This document shows positions 52,206 to 64,000 of a stretch of DNA of 64,000 bases, piece after piece. The translations under genes and the position numbers were made by a program. Location of the stretch: NCBI RefSeq assembly GCF_009914755.1, contig NC_060929.1; one strand, given 5' to 3'. The DNA comes from the human T2T-CHM13v2.0 reference genome, Homo sapiens. How positions within the stretch are numbered: position 1 is the stretch's first letter; each line of letters starts with the position of its first letter. A model generated the notes under the pieces. It was given only the letters and a program-made list of their open reading frames with translations, was not told the origin of the DNA and did no database searches.

Positions 52206-55200
52206 ATATGTACGAAAAATGATTCTAGGATGCAGACTTTTGGGATGGGATTATGCAATTGGATTGTATACTGGACAGATGGCAATAATTACCTAAGTAG
52301 GTTAGTGGGGTGTGATGGACTGGTGACATCTTCAGAAATGCTAGAATAAGACTCTTACTGCTGGTGAAATTGTTTTGAGTTATAGATGGGAGGAATGTAC
52401 TGGGTTATACAGTGTTTCCAGCATTTCAGCAAGATAGACAGAATGATAATTATAAGGATTGTGAAGCTGGTTAGTAGTTGTTCTGTGCTGTTTATTCAGT
52501 TTCAGATGAGTTGACAGTTATGTCAAGTCAGTTCAATGTGTGAAAGGCCTAGAAGGACTCTGTAGTAGCATTTAAAGCAACCCTCATCTTCTCATGTCAG
52601 AGGACAGCACTGTTTTAAAGTTCAGTCCCAGGACCTGATTTTGAGAGAAGCAGATTTACAAGATGGCTAAATTAACAGCCTTGGCAAGTCTTCTAGGCTA
52701 ATGTTGGGGCCACAATAAAGGAGGAGAGAGATCCTGAGATCTGAGATGAGGATATACGGATGGCTGACCTTGAGGCCTACACTCCAAGATTTACCCTGAA
52801 CCTTCTAAGCCAGCAGCAGAAGTGTCCCCTCCTGTTGCTATAATATCCATTCCTTGCTTGGAGATCATTTGAAATCCTCAAGTGACGTATATGCCTTGTA
52901 AAATGATGCTGGCCTACCTCAAGATTTGTCCAAATTCCCTCATTGCTTCTAGACCACTAACTAGACTCAGTGTCAACATGGCCTGATCAGTAAAGCATTA
53001 TTCTTGCTTTGGAGGAAATGGATTATTCATCAAAAATACTTTAGGACCTGGCTAATGTGTATTGGCAGGGACCAAAATAACATACAGTGAATGGATTAGG
53101 ATACCCTGTGATTTAATGTTTAATGTCCTAGCAATGACATTTACTAATAGATCACTAATTCCTAATAGATCACTAATAGAGCTCTCTGAGGTTGGAAAAA
53201 ATGATGGCTGGATAGGCTGGAAGTCTATGAATGAGTATTGAGGCAAGGCTCAGGAAACTAGTCATTTAAGAATAGATTTATTACAACACCAGACTATAAT
53301 TGACTATGTTCTCCTGAAGGTCCCAAGGAAACTCCCCTTCACTCTAGCTACAGAAATGTGCTAGTAAAGCAGATCCAGCATCAGTGGGAAGCTCAGTTGT
53401 GATTGTCCTCTTTAGGCAGGACTGAGAGTAAGACATACTTTTATGGAACTGAGCTACCTGGAGATGATAGGATACCAGACTAGTCAAGGCCAGGTGGCAG
53501 CACCAAATTATCAGAGTCAAGATGAATGTAATTCTTGTAATGGGCAGCACTGTGAGAAATCCCTAACCCATGCAAATAAACAATAATGACTTCTAGACCC
53601 TAGTGATCCTAGGGTCAAGACAAATGGGAAGCCAATAAGAGTATTTCTTAATATCTATAATAAAAAGTGATCAAGAGTGCAGAAGCAGAAGGCTTATGTT
53701 AGCCACAGCAAAGGAAAGTCATCATCTCTTGTCCAGTTTCCAGACATGAATCTATTTTCAGAATTAGACTCATAGATTTAAGAAAAGACTGAGTCCTCTC
53801 GAGGAAGAATGCTGAAATGCCTGCGTAGTGTTTACAGTAGTGACTCCCCAAGTCCTTCTTCTAAGAAGTCTATGACCATTTTCTCAGATAATGTGCATGA
53901 TTGAGGAAAAAGAAATATTCAAATCTCAGGGGAAATTGTATATAGGGGTCTAAGCTTTTGCTAATAGAGGAAACAAAAAAACAATCATGGCTTCCCTGTA
54001 GGAATGCGAAGGCCTGTGACAGAGTCTTGCTCAAAATTTATCTCACAGTGGAACCAACATTTCAGTTCCCTGGTCCCTGAGTGTGGAATTGTGATGGATA
54101 TACTTGGTAGCCAGCAGTACCCTCATGCTGTTCCCTAGCCCATGGAGTAAGAGCCAGAAGGGGAAGAAAGGCCACATGGAAGCTCCTGAACCTGCTCAGC
54201 CCAGTCAGGCTCTAACAAATTAGAAGAAATACACCATCCTGTGTGGAACCCTTAAAAGATGTAAAGATACAAGTTCTCATTATAGCTTCCATTTAAATGA
54301 TCCCTGCAAAAGTGAGATGAATGAAGGCAGATGACATGAACCCCTTCTATAAGGTGATATGAAAAGGTGCCAGGTTTGAGTGGGGCTCTTCAGTAGATTC
54401 AAGCTGGATTACAAGCACTGCTGCTGTTTGGGCCTTATATTATAGCAGATGCTGTGGTGATAGAAGTTCCTGACCTAGATAAGGATATCATATATGGTTT
54501 CTGCAAACTCCAAGAGAAGTCACAGCACAGACTGCCTACGGTTTTGGAGCAAAATCATGCTGTCTTCAACACAAAACTATTCATCATTTGCACAGTTGCT
54601 CCTAATCTGCCACTGAGCCCTAATAGATGCCTATCATCATTATTTGTATATTGTCAGAACTGCCAAGTAATAAGATTGAGGAGTAATGCATATAATGGAA
54701 ATGATACATTCAAGATCAGGCCAAAGGGGGGCATATTGAATCAGAAACTTGAAGACGGCCCAGATTCCCTCTCCATGTCACTTTCCCCTATTAGAGTGAG
54801 GCCAATCCCACAGCTCATACCTATGGCCATGTGGGGGTTCCCCAAGACCGGCTGTCAGAATGTGATGCATTCAAGTTGTCATGTTGGTAACATTCAAAAG
54901 TGTATTGCTTCTATATTACAATCCCACTCAATGTTGGCCCTAAAAGACAGCAGTGAGAAACCCTCCTTTGGGCCCAGCTTTGAATGGTATACCTGCCATC
55001 AAGTAGATGTGGAAGGGAAGTGATCTGAAGTAAAAATATACATAGACTTCTTGGCATTAAAAAATGGCTTAGTCAATGGGTCAATCACGTGGAAAGAGTA
55101 AGATTGAAATATTAAGAACAGCTAGGAAGACACAAGGGAGTAGGAACAAAATGTGCAGATTTTTGTGTCTCACATCAATGTCCACAGACACTGCAGAAGA

Positions 55201-56531
55201 GGCACTGAACAAATAGAAAGATAGGATGATTTGTGAAATAGTGAAAGCCATTTAGGCCCCCTTCAAGTCAGCACAAAGCTTGAAAAATCAGCCTTTAAAT
55301 GGGGTTGTAGGGTGACAGGGATAAAGGCTATGCACGTGCTCCCTTTCACCAAGGCTGACATAGTTACTACCATGCTACTACCATTACCACCTGTCAATAG
55401 AAAAGATTGATGTTGAACTTTCAATACGGCACCATTCCTCAAAAACCACATAGCCATTTAGTGGCAAGTTGGGTAAATCAGACCTCTTTCAGCCTGGAGA
55501 AGGCAACAATTTGGGGGTTGGTGAAATTGATGCATGTTTTTTCCATCCTTTCTTATAGTACTTTGGCCACCACTACTAACTGAGGGCTCAGAATTTCTGA
55601 TTTATTGTCATGGAATCTTATATAACACCACCTTGAATAAAGCAGATATGGCATGGGGCACATGTCCACTGGTCCCAACACATTGTCATTCTTCATAAGC
55701 TGTCAACCCAATAGAACATTAGACTGGCCTCTTAGAGGTAAATCTAAAGCACCAGGATAGAAACGACACCCTCAAGGAGTTGGGGTGCTGTTCTTCAAGA
55801 TGCAGCATATCAACCAACAGCCATTATAAAGTTCAGTATTTCAAGTGCAATAAATAAATGCATCTAGGAACCAAGGTGTGGAAGAAGGTGTAGCCCTCTT
55901 CACCATCAACCCCAATGATCCACTGGGTTCCCTGGACAAGAGGCCCTGGTTTCTGAGGAAATGGGATTACTTCTATTAGACCAGAATATAGGTTCCATGA
56001 AACCTAAAGCTATGCCTTCCACTTGGGCATTTTAGATGTAGCAAACCTATAGACTAGCAAGCAAAGAAATGGTTCATTATATCAGCAAGGAAAATTGACA
56101 CTGATTGTCATGCAGAGATAAGAGTTGCTGCTACATGGGGATAATGCAGAGTATTTTTGGAATTCAGAGGGTTCATTAGGGAACCCCCTATTTTGTTCAG
56201 GCCTGGTAATGCTCATGCAACATGATAGAAACCTACCAAAGTAAAGAGTTCAGACCACTCAAGAATGAATATCTAGGTTGTGCAAGGGACAAATACTGTA
56301 GAATAGCAGAGGTGATAGCCAAAGTAAAGGATCTACAATGAGTGGTAGAAGAAAGAGATGATGAATATCATTTGTGGCCTTGGGACTAACTGCAGCAGGA
56401 AAGAATGTAGTTGGTCCTACTAATCCATATTTTATAAGTATTATAACTCGCCACCACCTTGAAGATTAAGTTAGAAAGTGGAATAAACTAATGAGGGCCT
56501 TGAGTGGATTTGAGTGATGCAAAAGGTGAAC
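52206..56531 (+). mobile_element. ERVL internal region (ERV3-16A3-like): degenerate gag, pol (RT connection, RNase H, integrase) and dUTPase
   Basis: Manual translation gives LPFTKAD..CQ*KR..YGTIP..WQV (integrase, about 55340-55480), IYID..NGL..W (RNase H, about 55035) and LPLGHF..KIDTDCHAEI..LLLH (dUTPase, about 56015-56135). A PPT-like aaaaggtgaac is at 56521-56531. Confidence 0.8.
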
Positions 56532-56551
56532 TGTGGCAGATGTTAAGACTT

Positions 56552-57348
<797 letters not shown>

Positions 57349-58839
57349 TAGATAGCAAGATGTTAATTCATGGATTCACTTTCAGAGTTAGAATTTAAAT
57401 AAAAGACAATATAATGATCTGGATATGATATGAAGCTATAAAATATGAATATAGGATTTGTTTACTGAACTTATGAATCTATCCTAGTCTATCCTAGAGG
57501 ACAGAAGGGTATAATAGTTCATAAAAACCTTACTGTTCCAAGTCAAGAAGAAACCCAGGGTTCAAAGTAAAGAAATAAACAGTTCTTTACTGTGAGTTCA
57601 AGTGTTACATTTCATTCCACACGGAGCTCCCAGTTGGGTCGGTATTTATGGGCCATTTGTCCACTCTTTTCAACTTGTCCTAGCTCTCCTCAAATGGTCT
57701 TTTGATCATGTTTTAGGGGCATGGCTCTGGCTATCCCTGTTGCTGGTAGGGACATTCTCTTGGCCTTCTTTTTCATTTGCTCAACATTCCTCCAGCTCTA
57801 TGATTCTTTCAATCACGTTAACCCCCTAGGTTCGGTCCCTTCTCCTTGGCATCCAATCCAGGCTCAATCAGTCCTTCAAGTCCAGTTAGTCCCACTCTGG
57901 ATAGGGCCTGGAGAAGGGAGGTGGGAGGGAGAATCTTGTGGGAACTGGGAAAAGAAGTACTTCAGACCTTGTGGCTCAATTAGACAAACTGCCAAGTTTG
58001 TTATGCTAGAATCTCCGTTCCTCTGCTTTAGTTCACATCACTAAATGTCCTTTTCTCAGAAATTAGCCTTCGAGTTTTTATGTATCAGGAAGAATAATGA
58101 GGGAAAGGGAGAAAAACGCTGCCACACATGAAATTGGCTGCTGTTTTTTCCCCAGGAAAGTGTGCAAATGTGTGCTCACTCACATTTGTCAGATTCAAGT
58201 TAGTAATATGAATTAGTAAGAATAGGCAGTAATCCACAAGTAGGCAGTAACCCATACAATGAGATTTGAATAATAAGAAACAAATTTCTATCCAGAAGTA
58301 CCTTCATTAACCAGTTACAGGACTTTTACCCCTTATGCCCTCAAGGTGATATGTATTTGCCCTACACTGAATTAAGCAACACTTGATATTACTGAAAAAT
58401 ACTTAGAAAAGAATTTTGATGGACTAGTATACAAAATTTTAAAATGAAAAAAAATCAGTAAGAAGAAAATACTTTGGTAAGATGAATAAGAAACACCAAT
58501 TTAGAAACAAAAGAATTCAGGGAAACTGACAGAAGGTGGGTAAAAACTCATGAAGATAACAGATGCTAAAGAGAAGAAATCTGGAAAAAGGTACATAGGG
58601 TTTTATATAAAAATTATATATATATAAATTTTATCTTCATAATTTTTATATTGTAGCTACGCTTGTATATAAACAGCTTTTCAACAGGATTTCCTATCCA
58701 AGGAAGTAACATGTATTTAATTGTTAAGTTCTCCCATACATTCTTATTTATTATAAATTCATATGTATGTATTTGTTATTTTATTTATTTGTATCATTTC
58801 CATTTGTATGTGTTTCCTTTTTTTTTATTTGATCTGCAA

Positions 58840-59290
58840 ATGTATGGGCAGTACTTAAATCTATTTGAAGACTGTGGTTTCTCAATTTATTTCTAAACTT
58901 TTAATTAATGGTTTTATGCTATATTTTAGGCACAAAAAATGTATTACTATATATCTTCTTGGTGATTAACACACATTTTCTTTTTTCATTTTTAATGCTT
59001 TGGACTTGAATCATTTTATCTGATATAAATTTTATTGTAACCCTTGTTTTTCTCTTATTCAATTTGCCTGAAATATCCTTCTGTCCTTTCACTCTAAACT
59101 TTCTGCATCATTTTGGCAACTGATATAACTGGCATTTGTTTTGTATATTTTTGCCCTTTCTATTTTTCCTTTCTTTGGAGTTTCTTGGTGGACTGATAGA
59201 AGATTTTATCCCCCTCTGAATTTTAGGATGTTAAACATACTTTTACTGTTCCCTGGTGGTTACACTGATATTTTTGAAACAATTTCTATA
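58840..59290 (-). mobile_element. Old L1M (L1ME-like) fragment
   Basis: ttgaatcattttatctgatataaat..tttgcctgaaatatcctt..ctttcactctaaactttct. Confidence 0.5.
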
Positions 59291-59789
59291 AGTGTCACTA
59301 GGAATTGATCACTATATCCTCTCTGTGGAGAACATGAAGCACACTTTCATCAGACATACTACTACTATCTTCCATGTTTTCTTGTAATACTTTAAATTTC
59401 ATTTCTATAAAGTAATTAATATTTTTCTGCAATCTAAAGTTTTTAGTAATTATTTGTACTTGATAGCTTTCTTTATGCATATTTAACTTTTGCAAATTTC
59501 ATTGTAGCTACACACACGTACATACAAACATATATATATTTTTTAATACTTCATGGCCTCTGAAAATAAACCAATTAACCCTTAAATAGTAACAGTTCTA
59601 ACAGTGGAGGAAAGCTAGACTGTATAAATTTATTGAGAAATGATAATACAGATTTACAGAAAACTATGAATATTTCACTTTATTAGCAATTTAAATCTCT
59701 TTAGATTTAAAGAGTAATATTGATAATATACAACAGTACTCTGTAGACTAACCAAAGACTCTAAAAAGCCCAATAAGATATAATTCACT

Positions 59790-60145
59790 GTAAGGTAGAG
59801 AGTAGAATGATAGATACCAGAGGCTAAGAAGGATGTGTGAGGGAAGAAGATTAAAAGATTGGTTAATGGGTACAAACATACAGTTATACAGCTAGATAGA
59901 AAGTTCTAAGGTCTGACGGAACAGTAAGGTGACTATAGTCAGCAATGATATAGTGTATATTTCAAAATAGTTAGTAGATAGGACCCTAAATGTTTCCAAC
60001 ACATAAAAATTATAAATACTGGAGGTGGTAGATACTCCAAATACACTGACTTGATCATTACAAATTCTATGTATGTAATAAAATATCACATGTGGCCTAT
60101 AAATATGTATATACATTATGTATCAATTTTTAAAAGAAATAAAAA
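59790..60145 (+). mobile_element. L1MA (MA4-6-like) 3' end
   Basis: ggtagagagtagaatgat..ttggttaatgggtacaaacatacag..gacttgatcattaca..attatgtatcaat. Confidence 0.85.
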
Positions 60146-60479
60146 GATGCTCTTACACTGTATATTTCATTGATTTTTCTCTTCGTGGTCCACCATGTTC
60201 CACCATCTTCTAGGATACAATTTAATGTATGGCTTGGGTACATCTCTGAAATAGCTTTCAGGAATGTATTTTAAGTGATGTATTTTATGACTGCTTTCAT
60301 ATAAAACGTATTTATTTTGCTGAATATTGTGACAGTATTAAATATGGTAGACAGACAGAGAGGAAAGAAAGAAATAAGAGAAAAGATAAAGTAGTAAAAA
60401 AATGACTTATATTTTGTTAATGATCAGAGAGAGGGGAGCCAGTGATACCATGGGGAACTTACAATTAGAGCTAAAACGC

Positions 60480-61138
60480 TGAAATGTTTGACTACTTAGA
60501 TAATCAATTTATTTTAGACAATAAAAAGGGTAATCTTTTCCACAAATGGTTCATGAATAATTGGTAATAATAATAAAGGAAGGAAGGAAGGAAGGGTGGG
60601 AGGGAGGGAGAAAAGAGATGGAGGGAGGCAGAGAGAGAGAGAGGTAGTAATACAGAGAAAGAGAATGAGAGAGAGAGAGAGAGAGAGACACTAAGGGAAG
60701 AAGGAGGAAAGGAAAGAAGGAAAAGAAAAAAACAGAACCTCAACCCTTTCCTTACCCTGTATACAAAAAGTAACTTAACAGGGATCAATGACCTAAATGT
60801 AAAGTAAAAACCACAAACTTTCTAGAAAAATAAAGCAGAAAATCTTAGTGATGTGGACATAGCAAATATTTCTTAAATATGCTACAAAAGTATGAACTAT
60901 AAAAAAAGAAATTAACAAATTGGACTTCTTCAAAATTACACATGGGGTGGGAGAGGGAGGGATGTGTGACAAAGAGCACAAGGAAACTTTCGGGGGTGAT
61001 GTACATGTTCATAATCCATTATTTAGGTGATGGTTTCATGGATGTATGCTTTTGTCAAAACATATCAAATTGTGCACTTTAAATATGTGCAGTTTATTTT
61101 ATGTCAGTTATACTTCAATAAAGCTGTAAAAAAATAAA
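60480..61138 (+). mobile_element. L1MC/L1MD-like fragment with an internal deletion and an embedded purine repeat
   Basis: ORF2-end sequence (atacaaaaagtaac..gacctaaatgtaaa) joins near 60940 to the 3' terminus (ggtgatggtttcatgg..tacttcaataaagctg). Confidence 0.75.
60575..60730. repeat. Polypurine (GGAA/GA)n tract
   Basis: Seen directly. Confidence 0.9.
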
Positions 61139-63110
61139 GTTATATTTCAGTAAATCAGTCCAGGATGCCCTAAATATAATAATAAGAAGTCTACCCCATT
61201 AAGGATATTATAATGAGAAAATAAACACATGCAAATAAAATATATAGTATGTGCCAACTTGATTTACCTGCCTATGTGCCCAATTTGTACTTGTGAGATG
61301 ATCTGGGGAGGAATTTGGGTTCATGATGCAGACTAAGCATCAGGACAGAGAAAAAGAGTGTGAATTGTTTAAGGGCCAACTTGACCATACATGTCTGTAC
61401 ATCTAGAAAGCTTCTAGTTACTCCTTATTGCTTCTTTCATGGACTCTGATCAAGCTGGAGTAAAGAAGGGGGAGAAAGCAAACAACTTGGAAAATATTTC
61501 AGGATACTGCCCATGAAAACTTTCCAAACCTTGCTAGAGAGGCCAACAGTCAAATTCAGGAAATACAGAGAACTTCTGCAAGATTCTACACAGGGAGACC
61601 ATCCCCAAGACACATAATCATCAGATTTCCCAAGGTCAAAATGCAAGAAAGAACGTTAAAGGCAGCTAAAGAGAAAGGTCAGGTAACCTACAAAAAGATT
61701 CCCATCAGGCTAACAGCAGACCTCTCAGGTGAAATCCTACAAGCCAGAAGAGATTGGGCGCCTCTATTCAACATTCTTAAAGAAAAAAAAACTTCAACCA
61801 AGAATTTCATATTCAGCCAAACTAAGATTCCTAAGTGAAGAAGAAATAAAATCCTTTTCTGATAAGCAAATGTTGAGGAGCTTCATTACCACCAGATCTA
61901 CCTTAAAAGAGATCATGAAATATAGAAAGGAAAGACTGCTACAAGCTAATACAAAAACACACTTAAACACACAGAGCAGTGTCACTGTAAAGCAACCCCA
62001 CAAGCCAACAAAATAACCAGGTAACAGCACAATGACAGGATCAAACCCACACATATCAATATTAACCTTGAGTGTAAATGGGCTAAATGCCAAACTTAAA
62101 AGGCACAGAGTGGCAAGCTGGATAAAAAAGGAACACCCAATGGTGTGCTGTCTTCAAGAGACCCATCTCACATGTAATGACACTCATAGGCTCAAAATAA
62201 AGGGATGGAGATAAATGTACCAAGCAAATGAAAAACAGAAAAAATGAGGGGTTGCAATCCTAATTTCAGACAAAACAGATTTCAAACTAACAAAGATCAA
62301 GAAAGACAAGGAAAGGCATTACATAATGGTAAATGGTTCAGTTCAACAAGAGAACTTAGCCATCTTATATATGCACCCAACACAGGAGCACCCAGATTCA
62401 TAAAGTAAGTTCTTAGAAACCTACAAAGAGACATAGACTCCCACACAATAATAGTGGGAGATTTCAATACTCCACTGACAGATGAATAATCAAGGCACAT
62501 CATCAAGGCAGAAAATTAACAAAGATATTGAAGACCTAAACCTGGCATTGGAAAAAATGGATGTGATAGACCTTTACAGAAGTCTCCACCTGAAAACAAC
62601 AGAATATACATTCTTCTTACTGCCACATGGCATATACTCTAAAATCAACCACATAATTGGACAAAAAACAACACTCAACAAATGTAAAAGAACTGAAATC
62701 ATACCAACCACACTCTTGGACCATAACACGATAAAAATAGAAGTCAGTGCAATGAAAATCACCCAAAACCATGCAATTACATGAAAATTAAACAACATGC
62801 TCCTGACTTTTGGGTAAATAGTGAAATTAAGGCAAAAATCAGGAAGTTCTTTGAAAATAATGAGAACAAAAATACAACATACCAGAATCTCTGGGACACA
62901 GCTAAGGCAGTATTGAGAGGGAAATTCATAGCACTAAATGCCCACATCAAAAAGTTAGAAAGATCTCAAATTAACAACCTAACTTCACAACTGAAAGAAT
63001 CAGAGAAGCAAGAACAAATTGACCCCAAAGCTAACAATACAAGAAATAACAAAAACGAGAGCTGAACTGAAGGAAATTGAGACATGAAAAACCATTCAAA
63101 AGACCAACAA

Positions 63111-63440
63111 GGCCGGGTACAGTGGCTCATGCCTCTAATCCCAGCACTTTGGGAGGCTGAGGCAGGCAGATCACCCGAGGTCAGGAGTTCAAGACCAGCC
63201 TGGCCAACATGGCGAAACCCCATCTGTACTAAAAAATGCAAAAATTAGCTGGATGTGGTGGCACATGACTGTAATCCCAGTTATTTGGGAGGCTGAGGCT
63301 GGGAATCACTTGAACCCGGGAAGCAGAGGTGGCAATGAGCCGAGATCACACCACTGCACTTCAGGTTGGGCAACAAAGTGAGACTCTGTCAAAAAAACAA
63401 AAAAACAAAAAACAAAACAACAACAACAACAACAATAAAA
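63111..63440 (+). mobile_element. AluSx nested in L1 ORF2, with a (CAA)n tail
   Basis: Full Alu. The L1 sequence ..caacaa resumes after the tail. Confidence 0.95.
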
Positions 63441-63773
63441 CCAAATCAACAAATCCAGGCATTGGTTTTTTGAAAAAACTAATAAAATAGATAGGCCACT
63501 AGCTAGGCTAATTAAGAAGAAAAAAGAGAAGATCCGAGTAAATACAATTAGAAATGAGAAAAGGAATGTTACTACTGACCCCACAGAAATAAAAACAACC
63601 CTCAGAAACTACTGTGATCCCCTCTACACAAACAAACTAGAAAACCTAGAAGAGACAGATAAATTCCAGAATACATACACCTTCCCAAGAATGAGACAGG
63701 AAGAAAATGATTCCCTGAACAGACCAATAATGAGCTCTGAAATTGAATCAGTAATAAATAGCTTAGCAACAAC

Positions 63774-63785
63774 GAAAGAAAGAAA

Positions 63786-63847
<62 letters not shown>

Positions 63848-63860
63848 AGGAAGGAAGAAG
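63774..63860. repeat. (GAAA)n/(GGAA)n tetranucleotide microsatellite inside L1 ORF2
   Basis: Seen directly. Confidence 0.97.
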
Positions 63861-64000
63861 AGTCCAGGACATGATGGATTCACAGCTGAATTATGCCAGA
63901 TGTACAATGAAAATATGCAGAAATTATTTTAAAAAATTGAGGAGAGGGGACTTCTCCCGAACTCATTCTATGAGGCCAACATCATCTTGATACAAAAACG

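Larger units (their letters stand above)
61457..64000 (+). mobile_element. L1P (L1PA13-16-like) with ORF1 C-terminus, inter-ORF spacer and ORF2 N-terminus; continues beyond the window
   Basis: ORF1 fragments (KGQVTYK..PIRLTADLS..LQARRDW; QPRISY.AKL.F). ORF2 starts at 62032 (MTGSNPHISILTLSVNGLN..CCLQETHL). Multiple stops and frameshifts. Confidence 0.92.

Noticed and set aside
54454-55023. 189-aa ORF as a possible domesticated retroviral gene
   Set aside because: It starts at GTG and resembles ERVL Pol only in short patches (VIEVPDLDKD.., LKDSSEK), drifting out of frame in between. This is a chance open frame in decayed pol.
63602-63990. ORFs with FFLS or KKER repeats
   Set aside because: Translations of the (GAAA)n microsatellite within L1 ORF2.

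Overview
This is AT-rich, CpG-depleted primate (human-like) genomic DNA, intergenic or deep intronic. I can support no protein-coding exon, RNA gene or CRISPR array. A large fraction of the window is interspersed repeat. It contains L1s of several ages (L1PA3/4-like, L1PA7/8-like, L1PA13-16-like, L1PB, L1MA/MB/MC/ME), 8 Alus, L2, MIR, CR1/L3, MaLR LTRs (THE1, MLT1), MER21 and LTR8 solo LTRs, two degenerate ERVL proviral remnants and hAT-Charlie DNA transposons. The recognisable long ORFs in the track are fragments or antisense readings of these repeats or of simple repeats. I found no novel multi-gene system. The most interesting structures are: a 4.8 kb LTR16/ERVL insertion that splits a MIR and looks circularly permuted (one LTR only), an ancient twin-primed inverted L1MB, a near-consensus CTCF site, an L1 antisense-promoter/ORF0 remnant facing into the window, a recursive-splice-site-like motif, and several local duplications and hairpins. 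Subfamily names come from recalled consensus features, not from an alignment. Boundaries of old elements are approximate (tens of bp).
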